A DNA stretch of 63,967 nucleotides, the filler included, from Dimorphilus gyrociliatus (lineage: Eukaryota > Animalia > Annelida), in the NCBI GenBank assembly GCA_904063045.1. It is 4 parts of 4 records of this genome, joined end to end, with 100 filler letters (N's around TTAATTAATTAA, not from the genome) between each part and the next. Parts side by side here need not be neighbours in the genome. Positions count along the whole stretch, not along the records: positions 21,739 to 40,405 come from CAJFCJ010000012.1; positions 40,506 to 58,678 come from CAJFCJ010000206.1; 2 more parts are not named here. The stretch is one strand, 5' to 3'. The notes under the pieces were generated by a model. That model was not told the origin of the DNA. It worked only from the letters and a program-made list of their open reading frames with translations, and did no database searches. Below are positions 37,083 through 48,179 of the stretch, one piece after another. Position numbers and translations under genes: made by a program. Each line of letters opens with the position of its first letter. The stretch's first letter is position 1.

Positions 37083-38441
37083 TTCTGTTCAGGCTTTTTC
37101 GAACATTCAAAGGTATAGCCAACTCTTTCTTTCTGACTTTTAAAGGGTAATTTCAATATTGAAAAAATATATTTCAATATATATAAATATACTTTTCTTC
37201 TCTGAGTAGTTATATGAAAAATGTTTCATTCTTCTTATAAAATTCATTTTTATTAAAAATATCCAATTCTACTGGATAATTTGTAATTAATTTTTCAATA
37301 GATTTAAATCAAAAGCAGAAAATAGAAGTGGAAGATTAAAAGGAATTTTTATTTGAAGAATATACACTTTTACAAGAACTAGTTTTATATATTTAGACAC
37401 AAAACACTAACTCACTGCTATGGACAACTCCAAACATCTATCTGTTTTTTTGAGTAGTTTTAACTTTGCAAAACATGAACACAAGTCCAACAATGAGTTA
37501 TATAGAAGGGAACTTGAAATTATCATCTTTAGAGATATTAAAAACAATAGCATATATTATATTCTTGAAGGACACAGGAACTGTATTAGAAAGGACCAAT
37601 TGGAATATCAAGATATTGGGGCCGACAGAAAACGTCCCGAAGTGAGATTTTTGAAAGCAACATTTCGGATTGAAAAATGGTTAGGGTGAGTGAAGTAGCC
37701 ATTGATTTGTAGTTAGGGGGGTTCCTTCTAAGGGTCAGCGGTAATCAAAAAGGTTAGGGAGTGACAAGGGCTAGGTTAGGGTTAGGGTTAAATCATGCAT
37801 TTGGGGACGTTTTCTGTCATAACCCAAGATATTATACCAACCTTATCATCAGTGTCTTGAAGAAGCTTACCAGTCTAATATCAATTCTAGTTAACTTTTC
37901 AAAAGTTGACAATCTTCTTTCAGTCGATAAATCTTTTATAACTTTACTAACTTACTACTCAACAAAACACAACAGACTTTTTTTGTATTATTGAAAGAAG
38001 ATACGTTATTTTAAATTAGGCCTATAAAGTGCAATTTTTAAAGAAAACAAGTCTATGTAAGTCATTTGAGCAGTCTATTAAAAGAGAATAAAAAGAAACT
38101 AGTTTTCCAAACCGTTAGTGCAAATATCATTATGTGGGTAAAAAATAACTAGGACAGAACTCAATATTTGAAATTATAGGTGATTTTTCAAATTTTATAC
38201 CCAAAATTACATGGGGTGAAGTGGATATTATCTTTCAATGATATTTATGAAAAGAACATATGAATCAACTTCTAAGGTAGAAAAATTGCTCATAAATATC
38301 CTAAGAGAAATAAAAAATGTCATGTCAATCATATTTTCTGCATTCATTATTTTTATTTGGAAAATTTTAGTATAAAAGTAAAAAAGCAGGGTTAGAGTTA
38401 TTTATGTTAAACATTTCCATTCTTTCTCTTGTTGTCATTCT

Positions 38442-39002
38442 TTACCATCTTCTACCTTTTCTTCCGCGATGTCTTCTTGCACTACCTCCTCTTCTTCCAC
38501 CGCGTCTTTTTCCGCTACGTGCTCTTCCGCTACGTGCTCTTCCGTTTTTGGGTTTCGGAGGAGGGTATTCTATATTGTAGTCGACCTTGCATATTTTAGC
38601 GATTCTGGGACATCTGTCAGCATTTGGATTTACTTTGCAAGCTTTACACCAAAATTTAGTTTCTTTGCCTCTAAGCATCAATTCTAATTCATCATCTTCT
38701 TCCCTATCTTCAAGATTGCTTTCATCATCATCATTGTTCTGTTCATTATCATCATCATCAATACCACGAAGAATTTCATTTTCATCAGGATCCGATCTCT
38801 ACATAAAAGAAATAAAAATATAGATGAATAGAGCGTTAATTATTAAAAATTATACTCTGAATAGTTCTTCTCCAACCATTTGATTATCAACGAGTCCTTC
38901 ATTTCTCTCCTCTAATTCTTGAAGAAGAGAAGATAGCGAAGGATTCGCTAGAACATTGCAAGTACAGAGTACAAAAAGTAAAGTAAGACTTAAAAGTTTC
39001 AT
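38442..39002 (-). CDS. Two-exon secreted cationic Cys-peptide precursor B (167 aa; exons 39002-38856, 38798-38442); candidate antimicrobial peptide
   Basis: Signal peptide MKLLSLTLLFVLCTCNVLA, acidic propiece, 57-nt phase-0 intron 38855-38799 creating R|R, very acidic spacer, then GKETKFWCKACKVNPNADRCPRIAKICKVDYNIEYPPPKPKNGRARSGRARSGKRRGGRRGGSARRHRGRKGRRW. Confidence 0.8.
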
Positions 39003-39041
39003 TTTGAAAACTTTTATGTTGAAAGTTTGGAAAATTTACAG

Positions 39042-39049
39042 TATTTATA
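39042..39049 (-). promoter_or_regulatory. TATA box (TATAAATA) of peptide precursor gene B
   Basis: CTATAAATA 47 nt upstream of ATG 39002; same TTCAAAATGAAA start context as gene A. Confidence 0.6.
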
Positions 39050-40405
39050 GATATTTTTCATTCAATAACAAGTACCATTTGAACAATTGAAAATATATTG
39101 CTTTTTGAACAATTTATAAGAAACTGGTTTTCTTATAGTTGAACAATCTAGGCTAGACAGACAGTTTTTATTTAAAGATATCTAAATGTAAACCTGTTTT
39201 TAATAAAGATATTACTATTTTTACAGGAATTGAATTACTTATGAGTAGTTAAGAACAAAATATCTAGGATTGAGATATTAATTGAAGATAAAAAAAAGGT
39301 AATATTTCAAATTTGAAGTATAAATAAGGGAATGACATGACTTTTTCTTCTATTCCTATCTTGCACTTGACAAAAGATTTCTTTCATTGAGTACTTACTT
39401 GATAATAATATTTAGTCAAAAGTAATTCTCTTTCAAGTTCTTTCTGTTAAAACCCAATTACTATGTTTTTATAACTGAACTTTTTGCGTCAATAAAAGCA
39501 TAAAATCTTGAAGAATCATAAAATGAATTCATATTGGTAATAAATCGCCATTACAAAGTTCCCATAATGATATGTCATTTACTAAATGCTTTAAATAGCT
39601 AGAACTAGCCTGTGACCAAAATATTTAACTCAACAAATAACACAACTCTTTGGACTCCTTTTGTCAATTTTAGGAGTGTATTGATGATATTTCTGGTATA
39701 ATTTGACAAACTTTCTAATTTCTTTAAACAATTTTTTTATATGGCAGAATGATAATAACAACTGACCAGATAAATGGTATATTTTTTATTACAGAATATG
39801 ATTAAAAAGTGAACTTTAATGATTTTAATAGTTGATCTTCAGCTTTGTATTTCTACATTGTAAGGAAGAGAAAGTTAGATACTAATAGAGCTAATAAAAA
39901 TGTCATTTAACTTAAATTACCACTGCGCCATCTGATGTCATATTCAACATAACGTCAAATATAATGGATGTCTCCTAGAGTAATCACTATAATATAATGA
40001 AGAGTCGTTACATGATTGGCATGGAAATTCTGTATATCTCTTCTGATTTTTGTTTAAAAAAGCCAAATATGATCATAGATGCACTTCGATTTGTAACTTC
40101 CTTTAAGATAATAAATGAGATGCATAAGATGCCAAAAAATTACATTAACCTCTATATTTCCTAAACATAGCTTATATATTAATTAAATATTGAGAAAATA
40201 AGTAAATAACTATGTTTTTCCATCTTTGCTTAGTTTCTTATGACAATTTCGATGGCGTTTGCAAAAAGCTTTCACTTTTTTCTAGTAGCCAATTAACCTT
40301 TTTCCTGCAACTGGTTTATCCACATCTGCGAGTGGCTTATTGATCTTTTGTGCAAAACTTTTTATATCTGTCTATATATTTCTTTCTATAGGTTTCTGAG
40401 TATGC

Positions 40406-40505
40406 NNNNNNNNNNNNNNNNNNNNNNNNNNNNNNNNNNNNNNNNNNNNTTAATTAATTAANNNNNNNNNNNNNNNNNNNNNNNNNNNNNNNNNNNNNNN
40501 NNNNN
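40406..40505. other. Assembly gap with TTAATTAATTAA linker
   Basis: N block. Confidence 0.98.
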
Positions 40506-43500
40506 AAAGAAACTATAAAATTGAAATAGTTTTGTTGAAATTCCTTTTTGAAATATTACATTTAATGGTATTAGACAACAGCAGCAGGTTTGATTTTCTC
40601 TCATTGGTATTTTGTCCAGTTGTTTTAGACATGTCAAACAAATCAAGTGATCAAACTCTATTTTAAAAGCTGAAGAGCATCTCAAATTGTTTCCACATTG
40701 GAAACATTTTTTCATATGTACAAAGTTTGAATAGATAACGCTACAAATTTTAATATTGTGTATTCTATGTCCAGAATTTCTTTCAACCACTTCCCTAAAG
40801 TACTCAATTTTCTTACAATTTCCAACATCTTCCAATAATGATTGAAGAAAATCAGATTCAAATTTCAATGCTAATCGATTCATTAATTTTTCGGGTAGAA
40901 TAAACATACTCATATTCTGAAAGATTGAGTAGAGAGTATATAAATTTTTCTCTTTTACTTCTATGTCATTTAAAATAAATCTGTTTGGAACTTTGCAACA
41001 ATCACAAATGCTTTTGTCAGAGTGTTCAAGTTCAAGAAGGCAATCAAGACAATAGCAATGATTAAAGTTCATCCTAAAAGTCACTAAAAGCTGACTCTCC
41101 TCTGTTCTATTGCAGTTTTCGCAATATCTATTAAAGACTATAGCTCTCGCTTTTAAACAAACTTGCCTCAAACCATTTTCGAAAATTACTGGATAGAGAG
41201 GCATTTTCAAATCAAGTGATAACTCCTCAAATTTTTTTAAAGGAAAGAAATTCTGAAGATTTTTCAAACTGTTTTCATTGTCAATACAATCAGTACAATA
41301 AGTGAACCGATTGAATAGTTCAAATCCATAATTGGTTATCTTTCCATAACAATACATGCAGTGTAGACCTTGATCTGCAATGTAGATTATTTTGCTAATC
41401 CAGACAAAAATTTCAAATTTTGACTTTTTAAATTTCCTCAAATGTTGAGATTTGTTTTCTACTATTCTCTTGAATTTTTTAATATCAAAGTTTTCCTGCA
41501 AATCATTAAGAATTGAGAGAATATATTTCGATTTGAAGGATAACGACAAACTAATCATTAACGCATGTGGAAGACATTTTAGATTGAATTTTATAAATAA
41601 CTTGTAACAATTTAAAACACGCTCATTCATTGCTATTTCACCAAAGATAATTAATTTTTGTACTTTGCAACAATAACATTCCAATTGACTCTCTTTAACA
41701 TCTTTTTCCAGGCATTGAAGACAATAAAAGTGATTTAGAGCCAGTTCAACTGAATTATTTGGTTTCAATCTTTGACCACAAACAGTACACCTTTCTTCGA
41801 TTAGAGTACAGTAGAAGAGTTTTTGAATTTGAATATTTCTTATGCCTATGCCCTTTCGTCTAATAGATATCTGATGTTGAGAATTTTCTTCAACCCATCT
41901 CTTAAAATCTACAGCCAATTCCTCTTTAGATTTAGATGGACTAAGCAATAATAATTGCTGTTTATTACGAAATTTGCTATCTAATTTCATTGATAAAGAC
42001 ACCATTGCATCATTTGAAAGATATTTCATTCCATTTTTGAAGAACATTTGATAAATATTTTTACAATTTTCATCAATTTCTCCAAATAAAATACGGATTG
42101 GAATTTTACAACAAAAACAATATTTTCTTTTTCCATCAATTACTTTTTGTAGACAATCAATACAGCAAAAATGTTTTAATAATAATTCAAATGATTTATT
42201 CTCTTCAATTTTCTGTTTGCAGACGAAACAATTTCTTTTCATTCCTAATTCATTGATTTGGTAAATAATTCTTTGAACAATAACGACAAATGAATTGTCA
42301 TTTTTGTTATATTTTATATGTTTATGTTTGGAATGTTTTTCAACAATATCTTTAAATTTCTGGATCACGTGACCATTTGGATTTGACATCAGAGCATCAA
42401 TTAAGTCATTGTTTAGTTTATCTGCAATAATTTTAGTTTGTCCTGTAAATAGAACTTTTAATTTATTCATTTTAAATAGTTTTTTAACGAAATATTCTTT
42501 GTAGGTATTTTCATTTCTGAATAACAGAATATTTTCAATATATTTATAGAAATTATAGAAAATATGAATTTTAAAATGAATAACTGAGCCAATTGAAATA
42601 TCTTTCATTCTCAAAGTCAACTCCAGAAACTCCAATGTTAAAATACCAACAACTATGTGAAGTACCAAAATCACTAATATGAAGGAAATATGAAAATTTA
42701 TTGCATAAAAAACAGTACAAATCATTGTAAGTTGAGCTAAAATATCATATTTTTTAGCAATAAATTGATTGTTTCCCAAGAAATATATGTTATGTAGGAT
42801 GAAATAGAGTTCAAAGCTTTTCAATTTTGATTCTAAGAGATCTATTAGATAACTTTCAAACAAGTTAAATATAAAAACTAAATATAGGCTAAAGGAGATA
42901 ATGACATACATAGAACTTCTGGGAATGTTTTTAAACATTCTACCACAGTTACATATGTCAAGGAGACTGGATAAAAACTGACAAAGCCCAATAGTTGATA
43001 TAACTTTGATAGAATCAGTTGAAATGTAATTATATTCATTTTGATAAGTCACAAAGTATTTTCCATCTCTTTTGAATGATTTATACTGAATACTTTCTTC
43101 ACTGTTGTCAAACAGACTAGGATAGACGAAACCATATTTATAAATTCCACAATCTAAATGCTCAACATTGATCTCGTAATTAAGAAATGATTTTCTAGAT
43201 TTTATCAACAATTTTAGACCAGTTTCTCTAGCAAACATCTCTAATTCCAGCGAATTTTTTATTGGCCTAGCTGTCAATAAATATTTCAAAAGATTAATCC
43301 AATTAATCAACGATAGCCTTTTTGTAGGTTTACTATATGAACTGACCATAGTATATTTTTTGCCATTTCGTCTCAGAATGATTATTACTTGAGATTGTTT
43401 GTGTTCTATTTTTCTGCAAAAACTCTCTTTCGATTCTTTTGAACAAAATATCTCTTCCCATTCCAATTGATTTGAATTTTTAATTTCAACAGAAGTAAAT

Positions 43501-43814
43501 ATATTCCATTCTTTATCTAACAGCACATTTTCAACATCATCTTTATAATTAACTTTTATTAACTTGAATTGAATTAAATCAAAATTTCTCTCATATAATG
43601 AAATGTATTGTTTTTGAATTTCAAAAAATTCCTTTGATATAAGATTTACATTCCTAATTGTATTGTAATTAATCATTAATGATCCATTTACATCTATGAA
43701 ATCATTTTGTAACCTTAAAACTGTATTAATATTTGTAAATCTATGAGTAGCATTGTCAAAAACATGTAGCAAAAATCCAAAAATAACCATAAAGCAAAGT
43801 GAATGCGCTACCAT
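40506..43814 (-). CDS. Large multi-pass membrane protein with five tandem degenerate RING-like zinc-finger units (3' end lost in gap)
   Basis: >1100-codon uninterrupted ORF: N-terminal hydrophobic segment, about 270-aa ectodomain-like region, several TM helices, then CxxC..H-x2-CxxC..CxxC units starting at about 42230, 41789, 41360, 41123 and 40706. Confidence 0.8.
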
Positions 43815-44458
43815 AATTGAAAAAACAAACTAAACTAACCAAGAATGTAATCAATGATATCTCTTTTCCCCTTCCATTAAAAGAATGAGTTCTTATCAGT
43901 CCTCCATTCTGTTAGAGTGAGGTAAATCCGTCAAAAACACCAACACTAATTTCTAAGTCACCTGGTGGTAAAATATCGCTTCCGAGAAAAAGTAAAATTT
44001 AATGTGGTTCTATGTTTAACTCGGAACTGGAATAAACTGTAGTCATTTTCTTATTGTAACGATATTAACCAGTAATATTTAGCGTGGTTCCGGCTTCCTC
44101 TTCAACGTCATATTATATAAACTAGCCTAAATAATATTAAAAACTGGTTTAGACGGAATTCTTTGAAAGTGTCAAGGTTGCACATCGAATTGACTTTTGT
44201 CTTCAACTGCTTTACTAACAACGTTATATTATATTGCTTTATTTAATAAGTAAATATTTTTATATAAAATTTTATTAAAGATATATAAAACAAAGTGAAG
44301 ATCACCACAACTAATCAAGTTATTATTTGTTCTATTGATTCATGAACACCTTTTCACTTATTTTAATAACCCTCCTCTACTCATCACCTGATCCTGGTCT
44401 TAGTCTTTTGTATAGACATTTTTTCTTCATCGTTCAATCGAATTGATATTGTATTTTG

Positions 44459-44647
44459 CGAATTTGGCCATAATTGTATATCAACGGGTTAACCTTGACA
44501 TTCAGTACCATCCTTTAATGTTGAGGGGTTTGTACAGTTTCTTGTTCGGCTTCTTGGGTCATTTCGGCAGTTTTGAGCATAGTCACTCCATTCAGGCCAA
44601 TCTGCCCATCCTCCTGATATAGCACACTGAGCCTCTTTAGTAGAAAT
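44459..44647 (-). pseudogene. Decayed TSP1 exon, paralog of the CBM14-TSP1-C1q gene
   Basis: ISTKEAQCAISGGWADWPEWSDYAQNCRNDPRSRTRNCTNPSTLKDGTECQG*PVDIQ aligns with VSAEELQCPVPGGWSE*SEWGRCEPD*GDGLRTRTRTCTNPPPSNGGDECPGSSVDVE. Confidence 0.65.
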
Positions 44648-45313
44648 AAAAACTTTTGGATGTGATAGAAAACGGCCATAAATCTATGGTTTTACCCTAG
44701 TGCCAATCTAGCACTTATTTTTGCCTAACCTCTTTGAATATGCCTAACAGATAGACGGGATCCCCCTAAGCACATATCAACAGTTATCTTTTTCCTCCTA
44801 ACCTTTTCCCAGCCTGAAATCTAAGCTTTAAATATTTCCCGACCGGTTCGTTTTAAGCCTATCTTGAAGGAAAAGATTGAATATATAATTATCAAGCTTT
44901 TTCTTAAATAAAAATATTTTTGAATATTTATATTATATATTACTCGGACTATAAAATGCAAATGTAAACTTTACACCTGCATTCATTGCACTGCTCGAAA
45001 GAGTGATGAGAATCAATCAAATATTAGGCTTTCTTTTAGGGTTCAGCTATCAAACTATGACATGATAATATTTTAAAAAGCCCAAAGTCTATGGTTAAGA
45101 TTTATTCTTATAAGAACATTTTAATCTATTCAAATGCCTCTACAAGAGAGCATCACTTGTAAAACTTACTAAATGGAAATGCTAATACCAGTTACTCTCT
45201 GGATTATAAACTTTAAACTGTCCAACCGGCTATATTATAGACACAATATAAACTTCTTTAATGGCGCTATACTGTATTTTCAATTAAAATGAAATAGAAA
45301 GAATATTAACATT

Positions 45314-45595
45314 TTACTTTTCGATACAAAAGTTTAACAGCTTTTTCTCTTTTCCATAACAAAGAAAATTTGATGTTGTCCATTTATGATTTCTTACAAC
45401 AATGTATTGTTTACATAATACATTCTTGTAATTTTTGAAATATTTTAATCTCAAATATTGCTGATATAGTTTTGTTATAATAAAACAAAATATTTCAGGT
45501 TGTTTAACATCAGTCATCCATTTTGCATCCACATTTATGGACTGGAAGCATAAGAGGATTGATAAGAGTAAGATAATTCTCTGTTTTTCATACAT
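45314..45595 (-). CDS. Small putative secreted protein with 4 Cys in the mature part
   Basis: MYEKQRIILLLSILLCFQSINVDA signal-like segment followed by 69 aa ending LNFCIEK; no family recognised. Confidence 0.35.
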   Translation of the reverse strand: MYEKQRIILLLSILLCFQSINVDAKWMTDVKQPEIFCFIITKLYQQYLRLKYFKNYKNVLCKQYIVVRNHKWTTSNFLCYGKEKKLLNFCIEK

Positions 45596-46211
45596 TTCTT
45601 CAATCATTGAAATAATAATTTTAAAAGCTCTTTTATACTTTTATAAGAATGTAGAGCTTCTCGGAACACAGTTTAAAAATTTAGGCCGAACTTAATAAAC
45701 AACACTCTCAGCATGCATCTGTATTACAACAATAGAAAAGTAGAGTAGTAGAAACAAATGGAATAGATGAAGATGAAATCAATCTTTCCATTGTTCATTA
45801 TGCAGAAATTCTATGAAACCATTATACTATCATCTGCTTTCAATTAGATTTGAAATTAACATAATGTTAAAGATTGAGCATTCAATATAAAACATATGAA
45901 TGAGAGATTCATACATTTTAGAACAAGCAAAATATTCCCACAGCAACAATAAAACAAAACATCCCTGCTATTATCCAAAAAGAGATTGGCCCGATAGCCA
46001 AATAGCATCATCTATGCCGGCTGTGTGTAATAAAGTTCTTTGTCTTCTGCCAACATCACTGTGTTTAATATTAAAATTCCTTTGGATACAAATGTACCAG
46101 TGAAATCTTGTCTCTACTTTCTTTTGACATTTTATTGTAATGGGTTAGGGAAGACATTGGTTTGGGCTACAACCTAATTAATTCAATTTGCCGTCTTGAG
46201 ATGTGTTTAAG

Positions 46212-46590
46212 GGGTGCAGGAGAAAACGTCCACAAGAGAAAACTGGAAATATTTGAATATGAATATATTAAATAAGTACAACTAAGGACCAATAATAATA
46301 ATAATGATAGACAATAGTGTAACAAAATTGAAGAACAAAGAGATATTAGACTGGGCTATAAATATTGGAAGCTTTTTCAAGTAAATCCAATGATGTGATT
46401 GAAGCAACCTCAAATTGTTGCCATAAGCTAAATATTTTGCTTTGAATATTCTGATATGCTTTTCTTTGCTGTCTACAGATTTTCTTCTCGCTCAGCAGTT
46501 TTTTTATATAGTTTTATCAGATCTGCTTCTTTTCAGTTCATCCAAAAGGTAATAGAAGCCAGAGTTAGATTGACGATTTTTGTTCAAAAA
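46212..46590 (-). mobile_element. MULE 3'-end fragment (terminus plus C-terminal transposase codons)
   Basis: GGGTGCAGGAGAAAACGTCCACAAGAGAAAA terminus as at 19837; minus strand DELKR..LLSEKKICRQQRKAYQNIQSKIFSLWQQFEV..SLDLLEKASNIYSPV*. Confidence 0.85.
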
Positions 46591-48179
46591 TACTTTTACA
46601 ACTTAGTTTAAATAGTGTATGTTGTAGTTTTAGGAGTGTAGAGTACTCTATAATACTCTTTCAATATTGCTTTCCATCAATGAATGAAATGTAACAATTT
46701 GGGTGTATTGTGTAAATTTGTGAGCCTGGTTATAAGCTTATGTGTTTAGTACCTACAAACTGCCTAAATGTGTACAACATCAAATCAGCTCTTTTCTGTT
46801 GGTGAAATGTTTAGGATGTCCAATTGGATTTTAGTGTTTTAGTAAAATAAAAGGGGGAAAAGTGATTAGCATTTGGTTTTTAGAAAATTAAGGTGACACC
46901 AACTTGCTAGAGAGAACCAGATGAACAGTTACCCCATAAGCTTTGGAATCACAAACTTAGGAGAACTGATGACAGTGTTACCAGTGGACTTCATAAAATT
47001 GAACAAATTACTGATAAAGGATAGACAGTATGACCCTGCTATTGTCACTCATGAGCATCAAATTCTGAATGACAAATGCTGCAATGAGTTGTTTAACTGT
47101 ATTCACAAGCAAACAAATTGGCACAAGGCCAAATACATAAATTTATATATATATATATATATACATGAACTGTTACCTGTTAATCAATCACACAGACCTT
47201 GACCCTTTTTAAAAAAACAGACTTTCACACTGATTTATTAATTGAAAAAAAACAAAGAGTAATAGGGCCTTCCCTCTTTGGATGAGTAGACCAAGTTGAA
47301 CATATAACTAATCTGTAATGTTAAACACTGTATATAACAAACCTCTTCATAAAAAATCCTTTTTATTTACTCAAGAAGTTGTCCAATGGCCATTCACATA
47401 GTGTATAAAAGGAAATGCATTTCCTCAGCTTGTCAGTTCAGTTCTTTAACTGTTAACTGGTTGTTTAAACTTACTTTTTTAGAACTAGAAACTCATTTAC
47501 TCAATACATATTCTTTGGATGAAATACTGGTATTTTGTTGAATTATTTCTACCGAAATTACATTTGTTAAGACTATTTGTGGACGAACTTGAAAGGTTCT
47601 AATTGGACCAGTACTTTGGTAAATTGATAAATGATTGGAAAGGACAAATACTGTTGTTACAAAAACAAAATGAGCAATTTCAAAGCTAAATTAAAGGTGG
47701 AAAGGCAGTCAAGAAGAAAAAGACACAAAAGGGATTTATACTTAGAGGGCAGTGGTCACACCCAAGATTCTGGGTCAATGGAAAAGGGTTAGGCAAAGAG
47801 AGGGACACATTAGGGTTAGGGTAAAAAGGATTCATTTGTGCACATTTTCTCTTACATCCAATCATATCACATATTTCAAATCCTTTATATTGCAGCAACC
47901 CTGCATTAAGCCTAAGGTAGTATAACAAGTATGTCTAAATTTAATAATGCAGCTCCTTTTGCAGAAATAAAATAGATCTGATAAATTATTGAGCAGACTG
48001 TGCTTTCAATTATTCAATTCCAAAAAATTTCTCTTTTCGCTGTCTCTACTATGAATAATGATAAAAAACCAGTTTCTCATGTTATAGTGACAGTGAATTT
48101 ATATAGGTTAACAGAATAGGCTTCTATGTAAACACACATATATATATAAATATGGTCATTTCCACACTGAGTACAACAG

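Noticed and set aside
4227-43400. Shared (I/L)-x-L-R-(K/R)-N-x-K motif at about 4450, 9310, 39790 and 43380 suggesting a hidden ectodomain family
   Set aside because: Too short and too compatible with AT-rich codon bias; I could not extend the alignments by eye. A profile search would be needed.
46340-46400. Apparent third relic of the peptide family on the plus strand (YKYWKLFQVNP resembling TKFWCKACKVNP)
   Set aside because: The same bases are the reverse complement of the MULE C-terminus (SLDLLEKASNIY), which explains them fully; the cysteines are absent.
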